This document shows, in pieces, positions 1 to 8,829 of a stretch of 64,000 nt of DNA. Positions within the stretch are counted from its first letter, which is position 1; every line of letters begins with the position of its first letter. The stretch covers positions 2,464,001 to 2,528,000 of the forward strand of contig OZ220089.1 of NCBI GenBank assembly GCA_964291625.2. Reading direction: 5' to 3'. The translations under genes and the position numbers were made by a program. Source of the stretch: Candidatus Latescibacterota bacterium. Lineage in GTDB: Bacteria; Latescibacterota; UBA2968; UBA8231. The notes beneath the pieces were generated by a model. The model was not told the DNA's origin, made no database searches, and saw only the letters and a list, made by a program, of their open reading frames with translations.

Positions 1-159
1 CTGCGGGCGATCACCTGCGGACATACCCACGCTCCGATGGATCTGGAGCACGACGGGCGACGCTATCTGAACACCGGGGCCTGGACCGAAGAGCCCCACC
101 ACTACGTCGCGGTCTCGGGCGGCCGGATCGAGTTGAAGGTCTATCCGAATGGCGCCTGA
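1..159 (+). CDS. C-terminal fragment of a calcineurin-like metallophosphoesterase (LpxH/UDP-2,3-diacylglucosamine hydrolase-like), truncated by window edge
   Basis: Frame 1 reads LRAITCGHTHAP...RYLNTGAWTEEPHHY...PNGA*; GHTH plus YxNxGxW is the typical C-terminal motif pair of this family. Confidence 0.7.
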   Translation: MRAITCGHTHAPMDLEHDGRRYLNTGAWTEEPHHYVAVSGGRIELKVYPNGA

Positions 160-2431
160 CCGGCGCCGGGGCGGCACCATCCCACGACTCCGCCGAACCC
201 GCCGGGCGCTCTTCCTCCTCTCGCTGATCTGCGCCTCCTCCACGACGGCGCAGCCCGCGCCCCTGCGCTGGCCCCTCGACCTGAAGCCGGCGGCCCTCTC
301 CTCCACCTTCGGCGAGACCCGCAGCTCCTCCTTCCACGCGGGGGTGGACCTGAAGACCTGGGGCAAGACCGGGTTCCAGGTGCACGCCGTGGCCGACGGA
401 TGGGTGGAGCGGCTGCGCACCAGTCCATGGGGATACGGCCTCGCCCTGTACCAGCGGCTCGATGACGGGCGCGTCGTCGTCTACGCCCACTTGGAGAGGT
501 TCTTCGCGCCGGCGGCCGAGCGGGTCCGTGCCGAGCAGCGCCGCACCCGGCAGTACACCGTCGATCTCTGGCTCGAGAAGGGGGACATCCGGATTCGCCG
601 GGGCCAGGGGATCGCCTGGACCGGCCAGAGCGGCGCGGGCCCGCCGCACCTGCACCTGGAGATCCGCGACGCCGCCAACGCACCGGTGAACCCCCTGCTC
701 CAGGGTATCGGACCCGTGGCCGACACGACGCCGCCGGTGCTCCGAGGCCTGATGCTCCTGCCCATCGGGCCCGGGTCCACCGTGGACGGCGGCCACCTCC
801 GCCGGCAGGTTCCCCTGAGCGCCTCCGGCCGAGGCCGCTTCGTCGCCGCGCGGGAAGTGTCGGCCTGGGGGCGTCTCGGGATCGGGGTGAACTCCCACGA
901 CCAGGCCGACGAGGCGCCCAACAAGCTCGCCGTCCTGGTCCACGAGCTGCACGTCGACGGCCAGCGGCTCCTGCGCTCGCGCTACCGCCGCTTCACCTAC
1001 GCCGACAGGCACCAGATGGCCCTCGACCGCCTGCGCCTCGAGGGCGGAGTCTACAGCCTGCTGTACCGCCGGCCCGGCAACCGGCTCTCCTTCTACGAGA
1101 CCGACGGTGGCGGCGACGGCACCGTCACCTGCGGCCCCGGAGGCCTGGAGGCGGGTACACACCGGATCGAGGTGCGGGCGAGCGACGCCGCCGGCAACGA
1201 GAGCCGCGCCGCCTTGAGCCTGCGCTGCTCCCCACCGCCGAGGGTCCGCTGGGCACGGCTGACCGAGTCGTCGGAGGGAGGCTTCCTGGACGCCGACCTG
1301 GCCATGGACGGCGGCGGCCGGCTCGCCGTCACCCTGTCGAGCTCCCCCGACGGCGAGGGCTGGAACGAGGTCCTCGTCGGGGAGGTGCCGGGCAGCGACG
1401 GCCCCTTCACCTGGGAGCTGCCCGGCCGGTCGCCGTTCTGGCGGCTGTCGCTGCGGGCCGGCGATGCCCCCTCGGAGTCCGTGGTCCTGGCCTTTGCTGG
1501 CGAAGCCGCCTCCCCCCGGCCCCCGGCCCTGCAAGTCACGGCCGAGGCGAGGACCGAGCACGCCCTGATCGACATCGAGGCCGGCGGTCCTGTCTCCGGC
1601 CTTCCCCTCGTCCAGATCGCGGGTTCGCCGGCGCAAATACCCGTCCGGCAGGTCGGCGAGTGGACCTATCGGGCGGTCGTACCCCTGCCCGGGCCGGAAG
1701 TGCACCCCGTTCTGGTGAGCGTCACCGCCAGGGGCGCCGGCGGCAACCGGTCGCGGCAGGACCTGGCCCTCTCCGGCCAGCGTCTGCGCCCCGGGGCTCG
1801 GGCGACCCTGAGCTACCTGGAGGACCACGTGCGGCTCCAGGCCTCGGCGGGCTCCGCCTACCAGCCCCTCGCTCCCCAGGCCCGGCGGTTCACCCCGAAG
1901 GCGTCCAAGGGCCTGCGCGCCACCGCTCTCGGCTGCCGGCTCGGTCCCGCCGACGCCGCCTTCGACGAGCCCCTTCGATTGTCGTTGCGGGTTCCGGCGG
2001 GCGTTCCGCTCGAGAAGGCCGGAGTCTACTCCTCCGCCAACGGCCGGGGGCGCTGGGGGTTCCGGGGCAACGACCGGCAGGAGGGAGGGCGCTACGTGAC
2101 GGCGAAGGTTCGCGCTCTTGGGCACTTCGCCGTGATGATTGACGAGACGCCGCCGGAGGTGAGCAGCGTGCGGCCGACACAGGGCTCCACCGTGACGACC
2201 CCCCGGTTCTCGGCGCGGGTCCTCGACCACGGCTCCGGCATCGGCCGCGAGAAAGATCTGGTCCTCGAGCTCGACGGGAAGCGCCTCATCTCGGAGTACG
2301 ATCCCGAGGCGGCCCGGGTGACGGCCGTACCCGACGCCCCCCTCGCGCCGGGACCCCACACGCTCGTGATCACGGTGCGCGACCGGGTCGCCAACGAGAC
2401 CCGGCGGCAGGTGACCTTCACCTCGCGGTAG
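149..2431 (+). CDS. Secreted M23-family metallopeptidase with long C-terminal beta-rich extension
   Basis: HAGVDL (HxxxD), YAHL and PHLH (HxH) M23 zinc motifs; N-terminal signal-like segment RRALFLLSLICASSTTA; DTTPP/DETPP Ig-like linkers; start uncertain. Confidence 0.85.
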   Translation: MAPDRRRGGTIPRLRRTRRALFLLSLICASSTTAQPAPLRWPLDLKPAALSSTFGETRSSSFHAGVDLKTWGKTGFQVHAVADGWVERLRTSPWGYGLALYQRLDDGRVVVYAHLERFFAPAAERVRAEQRRTRQYTVDLWLEKGDIRIRRGQGIAWTGQSGAGPPHLHLEIRDAANAPVNPLLQGIGPVADTTPPVLRGLMLLPIGPGSTVDGGHLRRQVPLSASGRGRFVAAREVSAWGRLGIGVNSHDQADEAPNKLAVLVHELHVDGQRLLRSRYRRFTYADRHQMALDRLRLEGGVYSLLYRRPGNRLSFYETDGGGDGTVTCGPGGLEAGTHRIEVRASDAAGNESRAALSLRCSPPPRVRWARLTESSEGGFLDADLAMDGGGRLAVTLSSSPDGEGWNEVLVGEVPGSDGPFTWELPGRSPFWRLSLRAGDAPSESVVLAFAGEAASPRPPALQVTAEARTEHALIDIEAGGPVSGLPLVQIAGSPAQIPVRQVGEWTYRAVVPLPGPEVHPVLVSVTARGAGGNRSRQDLALSGQRLRPGARATLSYLEDHVRLQASAGSAYQPLAPQARRFTPKASKGLRATALGCRLGPADAAFDEPLRLSLRVPAGVPLEKAGVYSSANGRGRWGFRGNDRQEGGRYVTAKVRALGHFAVMIDETPPEVSSVRPTQGSTVTTPRFSARVLDHGSGIGREKDLVLELDGKRLISEYDPEAARVTAVPDAPLAPGPHTLVITVRDRVANETRRQVTFTSR

Positions 2432-2443
2432 CGGTGCGCGCGG

Positions 2444-3238
2444 CTAGGACTCCAGCCTGTCGATCAGCTCGCGGGCGACCCCCCGAAGGGCGATGGCCGC
2501 AGCAGCCTCTGGATGGGAGAGGACGGTGGGCGCGCCCTCGTCCGCATCGTCCCGCAGACGCGGATCGAGGGGGATCTCCCCGAGGAAGGGGATGCCCCGT
2601 CCGGCCGCGGCCGCCGCCCCGCCCCCGTGCCCGTAGGGATGGCTGTCGCCGCCGCAGGAAGGGCACTCGAAGGTGCACATGTTCTCGAGCAGACCGAGGA
2701 TGGGGACGTCGGTCTGGCGGAACATCTGAACGCCCCGGGCCACGTCTTCCAGGGCGAGGGTTGACGGCGTGGTGACGATGACGGCGCCGGTGAGAGGCGC
2801 GGTCTGCGTCAGGGTGAGCTGCACGTCCCCGGTGCCGGGAGGCAGGTCGAGGAGGAGGACATCGAGTTCCCCCCACTCCACCCAGAACAGAAACTGGGTG
2901 ACCATCTTGGCCAGCATGGGGCCCCGCCAGATGACCGGAACCCCGGCTTCGACAAGCAGTCCCATGGAGATGACGCGCACACCGGCGGCCTCGGCCGGGC
3001 GGATGCGCTGGGTGCGGGGAACCGCCTCGGCGCGGCCGGATACGCCAAGCATGCCGGGGATGTTCGGCCCGTAGATGTCGGCGTCCATCAGCCCGACGCG
3101 GCGGCCCTCGGCGGCCATGGCCACCGCCAGGTTGGCGCTCACGGTGGACTTGCCCACGCCTCCCTTGCCGCTCGATACGGCGAGCATATCTTTCACGCCT
3201 TCAACGACTTGACGATTGTGGGTCTGAATTTGAGCCAT
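2444..3238 (-). CDS. mrp: Mrp/NBP35 (ApbC) Fe-S cluster carrier ATPase
   Basis: SGKGGVGKST Walker A, DADIYGP, WRGPM, DLPPGTGD, ENM..CPSC; ATG at 3238 preceded by AAGGG. Confidence 0.92.
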   Translation of the reverse strand: MAQIQTHNRQVVEGVKDMLAVSSGKGGVGKSTVSANLAVAMAAEGRRVGLMDADIYGPNIPGMLGVSGRAEAVPRTQRIRPAEAAGVRVISMGLLVEAGVPVIWRGPMLAKMVTQFLFWVEWGELDVLLLDLPPGTGDVQLTLTQTAPLTGAVIVTTPSTLALEDVARGVQMFRQTDVPILGLLENMCTFECPSCGGDSHPYGHGGGAAAAAGRGIPFLGEIPLDPRLRDDADEGAPTVLSHPEAAAAIALRGVARELIDRLES

Positions 3239-3264
3239 CCCTTGTACCGCCGGGGAATATCCCT

Positions 3265-4128
3265 TTGAGCCGGGGCCATGGCAAGACACTCCGGCCGCTG
3301 ATGGCCCTCGCCGCCATGGGACTGCTGTCCACCTGCCTCCTGTGGACCGCCTGCACCAGCGTCTCCCAGATGAAGAACCGCTACGAAGCGGGCGACGAAA
3401 GCCAGTACGACAAGATCCTCGAGGTGGCCGGCCGCCCGGATTATCCGTACGCCACCCGCAAGAGTGCGGTCAAGGTCCTTGGCGAGATCGGCGATCCTCG
3501 CGCCGTGCCCACCCTGATCAACATCCTGCGCGAGCTGTCCCAGCGCACCACCCTTCAGCAGGAGGCCATGATCGCCCTCGGCAGCATCGGCGACAGCTCG
3601 GCCGTCGCCGAGATCGGGCGCCTCCTCGACCGCAGCCTCAGCAGCTCCGGCGAGGAGTTGCGCATGGTGGCCATGCAGGTGCTGGGGCAGATCGGGGGGA
3701 CCGAGGCGGCCGAGATCCTGCTCAACGCCCTGTCCTACTACGACCGGGCCATGCTGATGGAGGAGAGCCGCAGCCTGAGAGGCGTGTTCACCGGCGACGA
3801 TCAGGGCCTCCGCGCCCTGCAGGACTCCCTGCGCCGCCCATTCGGCCTCACCGGCCAGGGCCCGGGCCTCCTCCCCGGCCAGCAGGGTCCAGTCGGCGGC
3901 TTCTTCGGTCCCGGCAGCGGCCCTTCCGGGCTGAGAGCCGAGGACACGACGCCCAAGGAGCGGGATCTCGCCCACCAGTCCCTGGTACGCGTCGGCGACC
4001 CCGCTCTCCCCGTCATCGAGCGGCACATGGCGCAGCGCGAAACCACGGTTACCCTGCGCAACGAGCTGGTCGAGATCGTCGAGCAGATCCGCCAAGGGCA
4101 GGATTCCGCCCCGGGTGAGGCAGGTTGA
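3265..4128 (+). CDS. HEAT/PBS-lyase repeat lipoprotein
   Basis: Lipobox-like LLWTAC; repeated LGEIGDPRAVPTL, LGSIGDSSAV and LGQIGGTEAAEIL HEAT units. Confidence 0.75.
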   Translation: MSRGHGKTLRPLMALAAMGLLSTCLLWTACTSVSQMKNRYEAGDESQYDKILEVAGRPDYPYATRKSAVKVLGEIGDPRAVPTLINILRELSQRTTLQQEAMIALGSIGDSSAVAEIGRLLDRSLSSSGEELRMVAMQVLGQIGGTEAAEILLNALSYYDRAMLMEESRSLRGVFTGDDQGLRALQDSLRRPFGLTGQGPGLLPGQQGPVGGFFGPGSGPSGLRAEDTTPKERDLAHQSLVRVGDPALPVIERHMAQRETTVTLRNELVEIVEQIRQGQDSAPGEAG

Positions 4129-4154
4129 CTTCGGCCGGGGTGCCCGGCTATAAT
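4125..4154 (+). promoter_or_regulatory. sigma70-type promoter for the UVR-domain/DksA gene pair
   Basis: TTGACT (4125-4130), 18-nt spacer, TATAAT (4149-4154). Confidence 0.75.
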
Positions 4155-4220
4155 AGCGCGTCTTTTTCCGGCGGATCCCCCTTCGCCCACCGCCGAGCCG
4201 AGCCGCCCCTTCCGACCTTC

Positions 4221-4991
4221 ATGACCGACGACATCAGCCGCATCCTCAAGGCCTGGACCTACGAGCCCGGGGAGTTGTGCGTCCGCAAGATCACGTCCGA
4301 GGACGGGCGCGACCTGATCCAGATCCGCATGGATCTGGGCATCATGCAATTGGAGTGGTCGGGGCGCCCCGACGGGGCCATCGTGCACGACCAGCCGTCG
4401 CTGCTCGACCACTACCGGGCCGAGCGTCGGCGCCACCACTCCTCGGGGAGCTCGGAGCCCTTCGTGTTGGGGCGGGAGGACTGCTGGGCCCTGGGCCAGG
4501 AGGCCATGCAGTACTACTGGCGCCGCATCAGCTTCTTCGAGCTGAAGCAGTACGAGCTGGCCGAGCAGGACGCTGTGCACAACCTGGGCATTCTCGACCT
4601 GTGCGGGGAGTTCGGCGAGCACGAGGAGGACCGGCAGATCCGTGACCAGTACCGGGTCTTCGTCACCGCCCACCGCATCCAGGCGCGGGCCCTGAAGCAT
4701 CTGGAGGAGGAGGACCACGGCAAGGCCCTTGCCGTCATCCGCGCGGGCATCACCGAGGTGGAAGGCATCCTGAGGAATAGCGGCGGCCCGGAGGCCATGG
4801 AGACCTGCACCGAGCTGGTCTTCCTGCGAGACTGGGAGCAGGAGGTCGAGGACAACCGGCCCCGGTCGCGAAGCGAGCAGTTGCGGGTCGACCTGGAGGC
4901 CGCGGTGGAGGAGGAGGAGTTCGAGCTGGCCGCGTCGCTGCGGGACAGGCTCAGGGAGATGGATACCGGCCGGGCCCACGGGCCACGGTAG
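4221..4991 (+). CDS. UvrB/UvrC (UVR) motif-containing protein
   Basis: C-terminal LEAAVEEEEFELAASLRDRL UVR coiled coil; N-terminal domain with IRMDLGIMQLEWSGRPDG; ATG 4221 chosen because it lies downstream of the promoter. Confidence 0.75.
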   Translation: MTDDISRILKAWTYEPGELCVRKITSEDGRDLIQIRMDLGIMQLEWSGRPDGAIVHDQPSLLDHYRAERRRHHSSGSSEPFVLGREDCWALGQEAMQYYWRRISFFELKQYELAEQDAVHNLGILDLCGEFGEHEEDRQIRDQYRVFVTAHRIQARALKHLEEEDHGKALAVIRAGITEVEGILRNSGGPEAMETCTELVFLRDWEQEVEDNRPRSRSEQLRVDLEAAVEEEEFELAASLRDRLREMDTGRAHGPR

Positions 4992-5008
4992 GGGGAGAGG
5001 CGGGGGAA

Positions 5009-5497
5009 ATGGCGAAACGGGTAGCACTGAACAAGCGGGACCGCGAGAAGATGAAGAAGTACCTCCTCGCGCGGCGGTCCGACATCCTGGACGACCTCGA
5101 CGGCACCGAGCAGGAGATCGACACCCTGCAGGACCCCAAGGCCGACGACCTCGACCGGGCCGTGGAGGCCGGCGCCATGGAGCTGCTCGTCGCCCTTGGC
5201 GATACCGAGCGCCGCGAGCTCGAGGAGATCACCCTGGCCCTGGAGAAGCTGGAGACCGGCACCTACGGGGAGTGCGAAGCCTGCCTGGAGACGCCCCTGA
5301 ACCTGTGCGAGGGATGCCCCTTCATCCCCAAGTTGCGGCTCGAGGCATTGCCCACGGCGCGCCTCTGCGTCGCCTGCCAGGAGGCGCAGGAGCAGAACCG
5401 CATCCCCACCTACACGAAGCTGCGGCCTCGGCGCGCCATCTTCCAGGACGGCGAGGAGTTTTCCCACCCCCTGATGGACAACAACGACAAGGACTGA
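5009..5497 (+). CDS. DksA/TraR-family zinc-finger transcription factor
   Basis: Coiled-coil tip DDLDRA (DxxDxA), ALEKLETGTYGECEAC...RLEALPTARLCVACQE. Confidence 0.88.
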   Translation: MAKRVALNKRDREKMKKYLLARRSDILDDLDGTEQEIDTLQDPKADDLDRAVEAGAMELLVALGDTERRELEEITLALEKLETGTYGECEACLETPLNLCEGCPFIPKLRLEALPTARLCVACQEAQEQNRIPTYTKLRPRRAIFQDGEEFSHPLMDNNDKD

Positions 5498-5521
5498 GGG
5501 TCCGCCTCCGGTAGGGGACGG

Positions 5522-7027
5522 CTATCCGTCCCCGGCCACCAACTCCTTCGGTTCCGCCATCGTCGCCAGGCGCAGATCCTGCAGGGCCCTCTGGTAGGAG
5601 ACCACGGCGTTGAGCGCCGAGGTACGCGCCTGGGTGAGATCGGTCTGCGCGTCGAGAAGCTCCTGGCTGTTGGCCAGGCCGAGCTCGAACCGGCTCTGCT
5701 CAACCTCGAAGGTCCGCTCCGCCACCTCCAGGGCTGAATTCAACAGCCGGATCTGGCGCTCCGCTTCCTGCACCGAGCGCACCGCCTCCCGCACCTCCAG
5801 CACCACCTGCTGGCGCACCTGCTCCGCCGTGAGCTCCCTCTGTTCCAGGTCGATCTCCGCCTGGCGCACCACGCCCCGGCGCCGACCGCCGTCGACGAGG
5901 GGCAGGCCCACGCGGATGTTGGCCGAGATGAGGCTGCGCTCCAGTGTCCGCCCCACGTCGTAGGGGTCGGGTCCGCGGCCGGTCAGGTTGACCCGGGCGC
6001 TCAGGGAGGCGGACGGACCCATGCTCTGGGCGGTTCGCTTCAAGTCCAGATGGGCGATTCGCTGCCGCAGGCGCTGCTGCTCCATGTCGGTGCGCCGCAC
6101 CAGGGCGACGGCGACGGCGGTCTCCTCGTCGACGGCCAGGATGGTGAAGTCGACCCTGGTGCTCACCGCCAGGGGGGCCTCGACGTCCATGGCCAGCACC
6201 TGCCGGAGGGCGTCGCGCCGGGACTCGATCCGGGTCGTCGCCTCGGCGTACTCTGCCTGGGCGCGCAACTCGTCGACCTCGAGCCGCAGCGCCTCGACCT
6301 CGGCGATGAGGCCGATCTCGAACTTGCGCCGGGCCAGTTCGAGGGCCGCCTGGGACTGATCCAGCCGCTGTTTCTGGATCTCCAGCTGACGGACGCCCTG
6401 GACCAGGTCGTAGTAGACGTTGACCACCCGGGACTCGAGCTGCACCCGTTGCCGTTGCAGGGTGGACAGCCCCGCGGCGTAGGACAGCTCGGCCGTGCGC
6501 AGTTGCAGCTCCTCCTCGGGATCGGTCAGGATCTCCTGCTCGTAGGCGAGGCTCAAGTCGGCGCTGTACTCCCGAAAGTCCTGGCGCCGATTGGAGCTGA
6601 AGTCGTTGCGGAACCCGGAACCGATGAGCGAGAACTCGCCGATGTTCCGGAACCGCTGGGACAGGCTGACCCGCCCCTCGTAGTCGAGGCGCGTGTCCTC
6701 CTGGCGGATGCGGGCCAGCAGGGCCTCGTTGTCGATGACGTCCCGCCTCTCGCTGTAGCTGGGCAGGGTCAGGTCGGCGTTGACGTTGGCCTCGAAGGGT
6801 GCCCGGGCGGCGCGCAGGCGCTCCCGGCCGGCGGCCAGAGTCGCCCGGTCGATCCTGTGGTCGAGGTTGTTCCGGTAGGCCAGGACCAGGCACTCCGGCA
6901 ACGTGAGGGTATCCGGAGTCGCGGCGACGGCGCCGGAGGGCTCCTCCCCGTGGGCGGCCGCGCTGAGCAGGCACACCAGAAGGGCCCCCATGGCCAAGGG
7001 CCGCACCGAGTTGCGACGGGCTCGCAT
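5522..7027 (-). CDS. TolC-family outer membrane efflux protein
   Basis: Signal peptide; TLTLPECLVLAYRNN, RRKFEIGLIAEVEAL and SRFELGLANSQELLDAQ duplicated OEP motifs. Confidence 0.88.
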   Translation of the reverse strand: MRARRNSVRPLAMGALLVCLLSAAAHGEEPSGAVAATPDTLTLPECLVLAYRNNLDHRIDRATLAAGRERLRAARAPFEANVNADLTLPSYSERRDVIDNEALLARIRQEDTRLDYEGRVSLSQRFRNIGEFSLIGSGFRNDFSSNRRQDFREYSADLSLAYEQEILTDPEEELQLRTAELSYAAGLSTLQRQRVQLESRVVNVYYDLVQGVRQLEIQKQRLDQSQAALELARRKFEIGLIAEVEALRLEVDELRAQAEYAEATTRIESRRDALRQVLAMDVEAPLAVSTRVDFTILAVDEETAVAVALVRRTDMEQQRLRQRIAHLDLKRTAQSMGPSASLSARVNLTGRGPDPYDVGRTLERSLISANIRVGLPLVDGGRRRGVVRQAEIDLEQRELTAEQVRQQVVLEVREAVRSVQEAERQIRLLNSALEVAERTFEVEQSRFELGLANSQELLDAQTDLTQARTSALNAVVSYQRALQDLRLATMAEPKELVAGDG

Positions 7028-7162
7028 ACTGTTTCGATATAAGCAAAAGGGTGGACTTCCTCAATCGGGTTCCAGCTTGACTTGCCGTTCGCCGGCCGTG
7101 TTGTTTTTTCGGTACCCCGCCCGCTTCAGCGGCTCCGCCAAACCCGAAACGACGATGGACCC

Positions 7163-8119
7163 ATGGCCCTGTACGTAGTCACCGGAGGCGCCGGCTTCAT
7201 CGGTTCGCATCTCGTGGAGGCGCTGCTCGAAGGCGGGGACCGCGTCCGCGTGTTCGACGATTTCTCCACGGGCCGGCGCGAGAACCTGGAGCCTTTCCTC
7301 GGCCGCATCGACCTGATCGAGGGGGATCTGCGCCGACTCGACGACCTGCGCCGCGCCTTCGACGGCGCCCACTACGTCCTCCACCAGGCGGCCCTGAGCT
7401 CGGTTCCCCGGTCGGTCGACGACCCGCTGTCCACGAACGAGGTCAACGTGGGCGGCACCCTGAACGTGCTCCAGGCGGCCCGGGAATCGGGAGTGAGGCG
7501 GGTGGTGAACGCGTCGTCCTCCTCGGTGTACGGCGATCTCGACGACTTCCCGCTGCGGGAGGAAGCCGGCACCGAACCGATGTCGCCGTACGCGGTCTCG
7601 AAGCTGGCGGGGGAGAAGTACTGCAAGGTCTTCACCAGTCTCCATGGTCTCGAGACCGTCTCCCTGCGCTACTTCAACGTCTTCGGCCCCCGCATGGATC
7701 CCATGTCGGACTACGCCGCCTTCGTGGCCATTTTCACCGCCGGGCTGCTCCAAGGCCGGCCCCTGACGGTCTTCGGCGACGGGTCCATCGCCCGGGATTG
7801 GACTTTCGTCGACAACGTGGTCGACGCCAACCTGCGCGCCGCCACCGCCGAGGAGGCATCGGGCGAGTCCTTCAACGTCGCCTGCGGCGCCTGCTGGTCG
7901 CTGAACGAGGTGATCGAGGTGCTCCGTGACCTGACCGACGTGGACGGCGACATCCGCTATGGGCCGGGGCGGCCGGGAGACGTGGCCAAGACCCTGGCCT
8001 CCACCGAGAAGGCGCAGCGGCTGCTGGGCTACGAGCCGGCGGTGGCCGCTCGCGAGGGACTCGAGCGCACCGTGGCCTGGTTCCGCGTGCACGGCCTCAA
8101 CGGCCGCCTGGGAACCTGA
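7163..8119 (+). CDS. NAD-dependent epimerase/dehydratase (UDP-Glc/GlcNAc 4-epimerase-like extended SDR)
   Basis: VTGGAGFIGSH, ASSSSVYG, YAVSK (YxxxK), LRYFNVFGP, RDWTFV. Confidence 0.92.
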   Translation: MALYVVTGGAGFIGSHLVEALLEGGDRVRVFDDFSTGRRENLEPFLGRIDLIEGDLRRLDDLRRAFDGAHYVLHQAALSSVPRSVDDPLSTNEVNVGGTLNVLQAARESGVRRVVNASSSSVYGDLDDFPLREEAGTEPMSPYAVSKLAGEKYCKVFTSLHGLETVSLRYFNVFGPRMDPMSDYAAFVAIFTAGLLQGRPLTVFGDGSIARDWTFVDNVVDANLRAATAEEASGESFNVACGACWSLNEVIEVLRDLTDVDGDIRYGPGRPGDVAKTLASTEKAQRLLGYEPAVAAREGLERTVAWFRVHGLNGRLGT

Positions 8120-8158
8120 AGAGGCCGCCGACGCCGCCGGGCATGGGGAGAGTGACGC

Positions 8159-8793
8159 GTGATCGAGCAGGCCCGGAGGGTACTGGTCCTCGCCCCGCAT
8201 ACGGATGACGGTGAGTTCGGTTGCGGAGCCACGATGGCGCGGTTGATCGGCGACGGAGTCCGGGTCAAGTATGTCGCCTTCTCCATCTCGGAGGAGTCGG
8301 TCTCCGACGATCTGCCGCGGGACATCCTGGCCACGGAGGTATCGAAGGCGGCCTCCGTCCTGGGCATCGGGCCGGAGGACCTGGTCGTGGAGAGATTCCC
8401 GGTGCGCCACTTCCCCAGCCACCGGCAGGGGATCCTCGAACGGATGGTGGACCTCAACAACGAGTACGATCCGGACCTCGTCTTCATCCCTTCGCCGAAC
8501 GATACCCACCAGGACCACCAGGTGGTTGCCCAGGAGGGCTTTCGTGCCTTCAAGAAGACCAGCCTCCTCGGCTACGAGGTGCCTTGGAACAACCTGACCT
8601 TCAACACCAACGCCTTCTGCGTCGTCACCGAGGACCACATGCGGACGAAGCTGAAGGCTTGAAGTGCTACTACTCCCAGCTGGGGCGCCACTACGTCAAC
8701 GACGAGTTCATCCTGAGCTGGGCTCGGACCCGGGGAGGACAGATCGGCGAAGCCTTCGCGGAGAGCTTCGAGGTGATCCGGTGGAGACTCTGA
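8159..8793 (+). pseudogene. PIG-L/LmbE-family deacetylase with a single-base frameshift near 8659 (pseudogene or assembly error)
   Basis: APHTDD and HQDH motifs in 8159-8662; expected C-terminus LKCYYSQ...RTRGGQIG..FAESFEVIRW continues in the -1 frame to TGA 8793. Confidence 0.8.
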
Positions 8794-8829
8794 TCCCCGA
8801 CCGGATGCCCGCGCCGGGGTGACGCCGCC

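Noticed and set aside
8650-8665. Programmed frameshift in the PIG-L gene (GCT TGA resembles the prfB site)
   Set aside because: The shift needed is -1 rather than +1, and there is no slippery heptamer or internal SD
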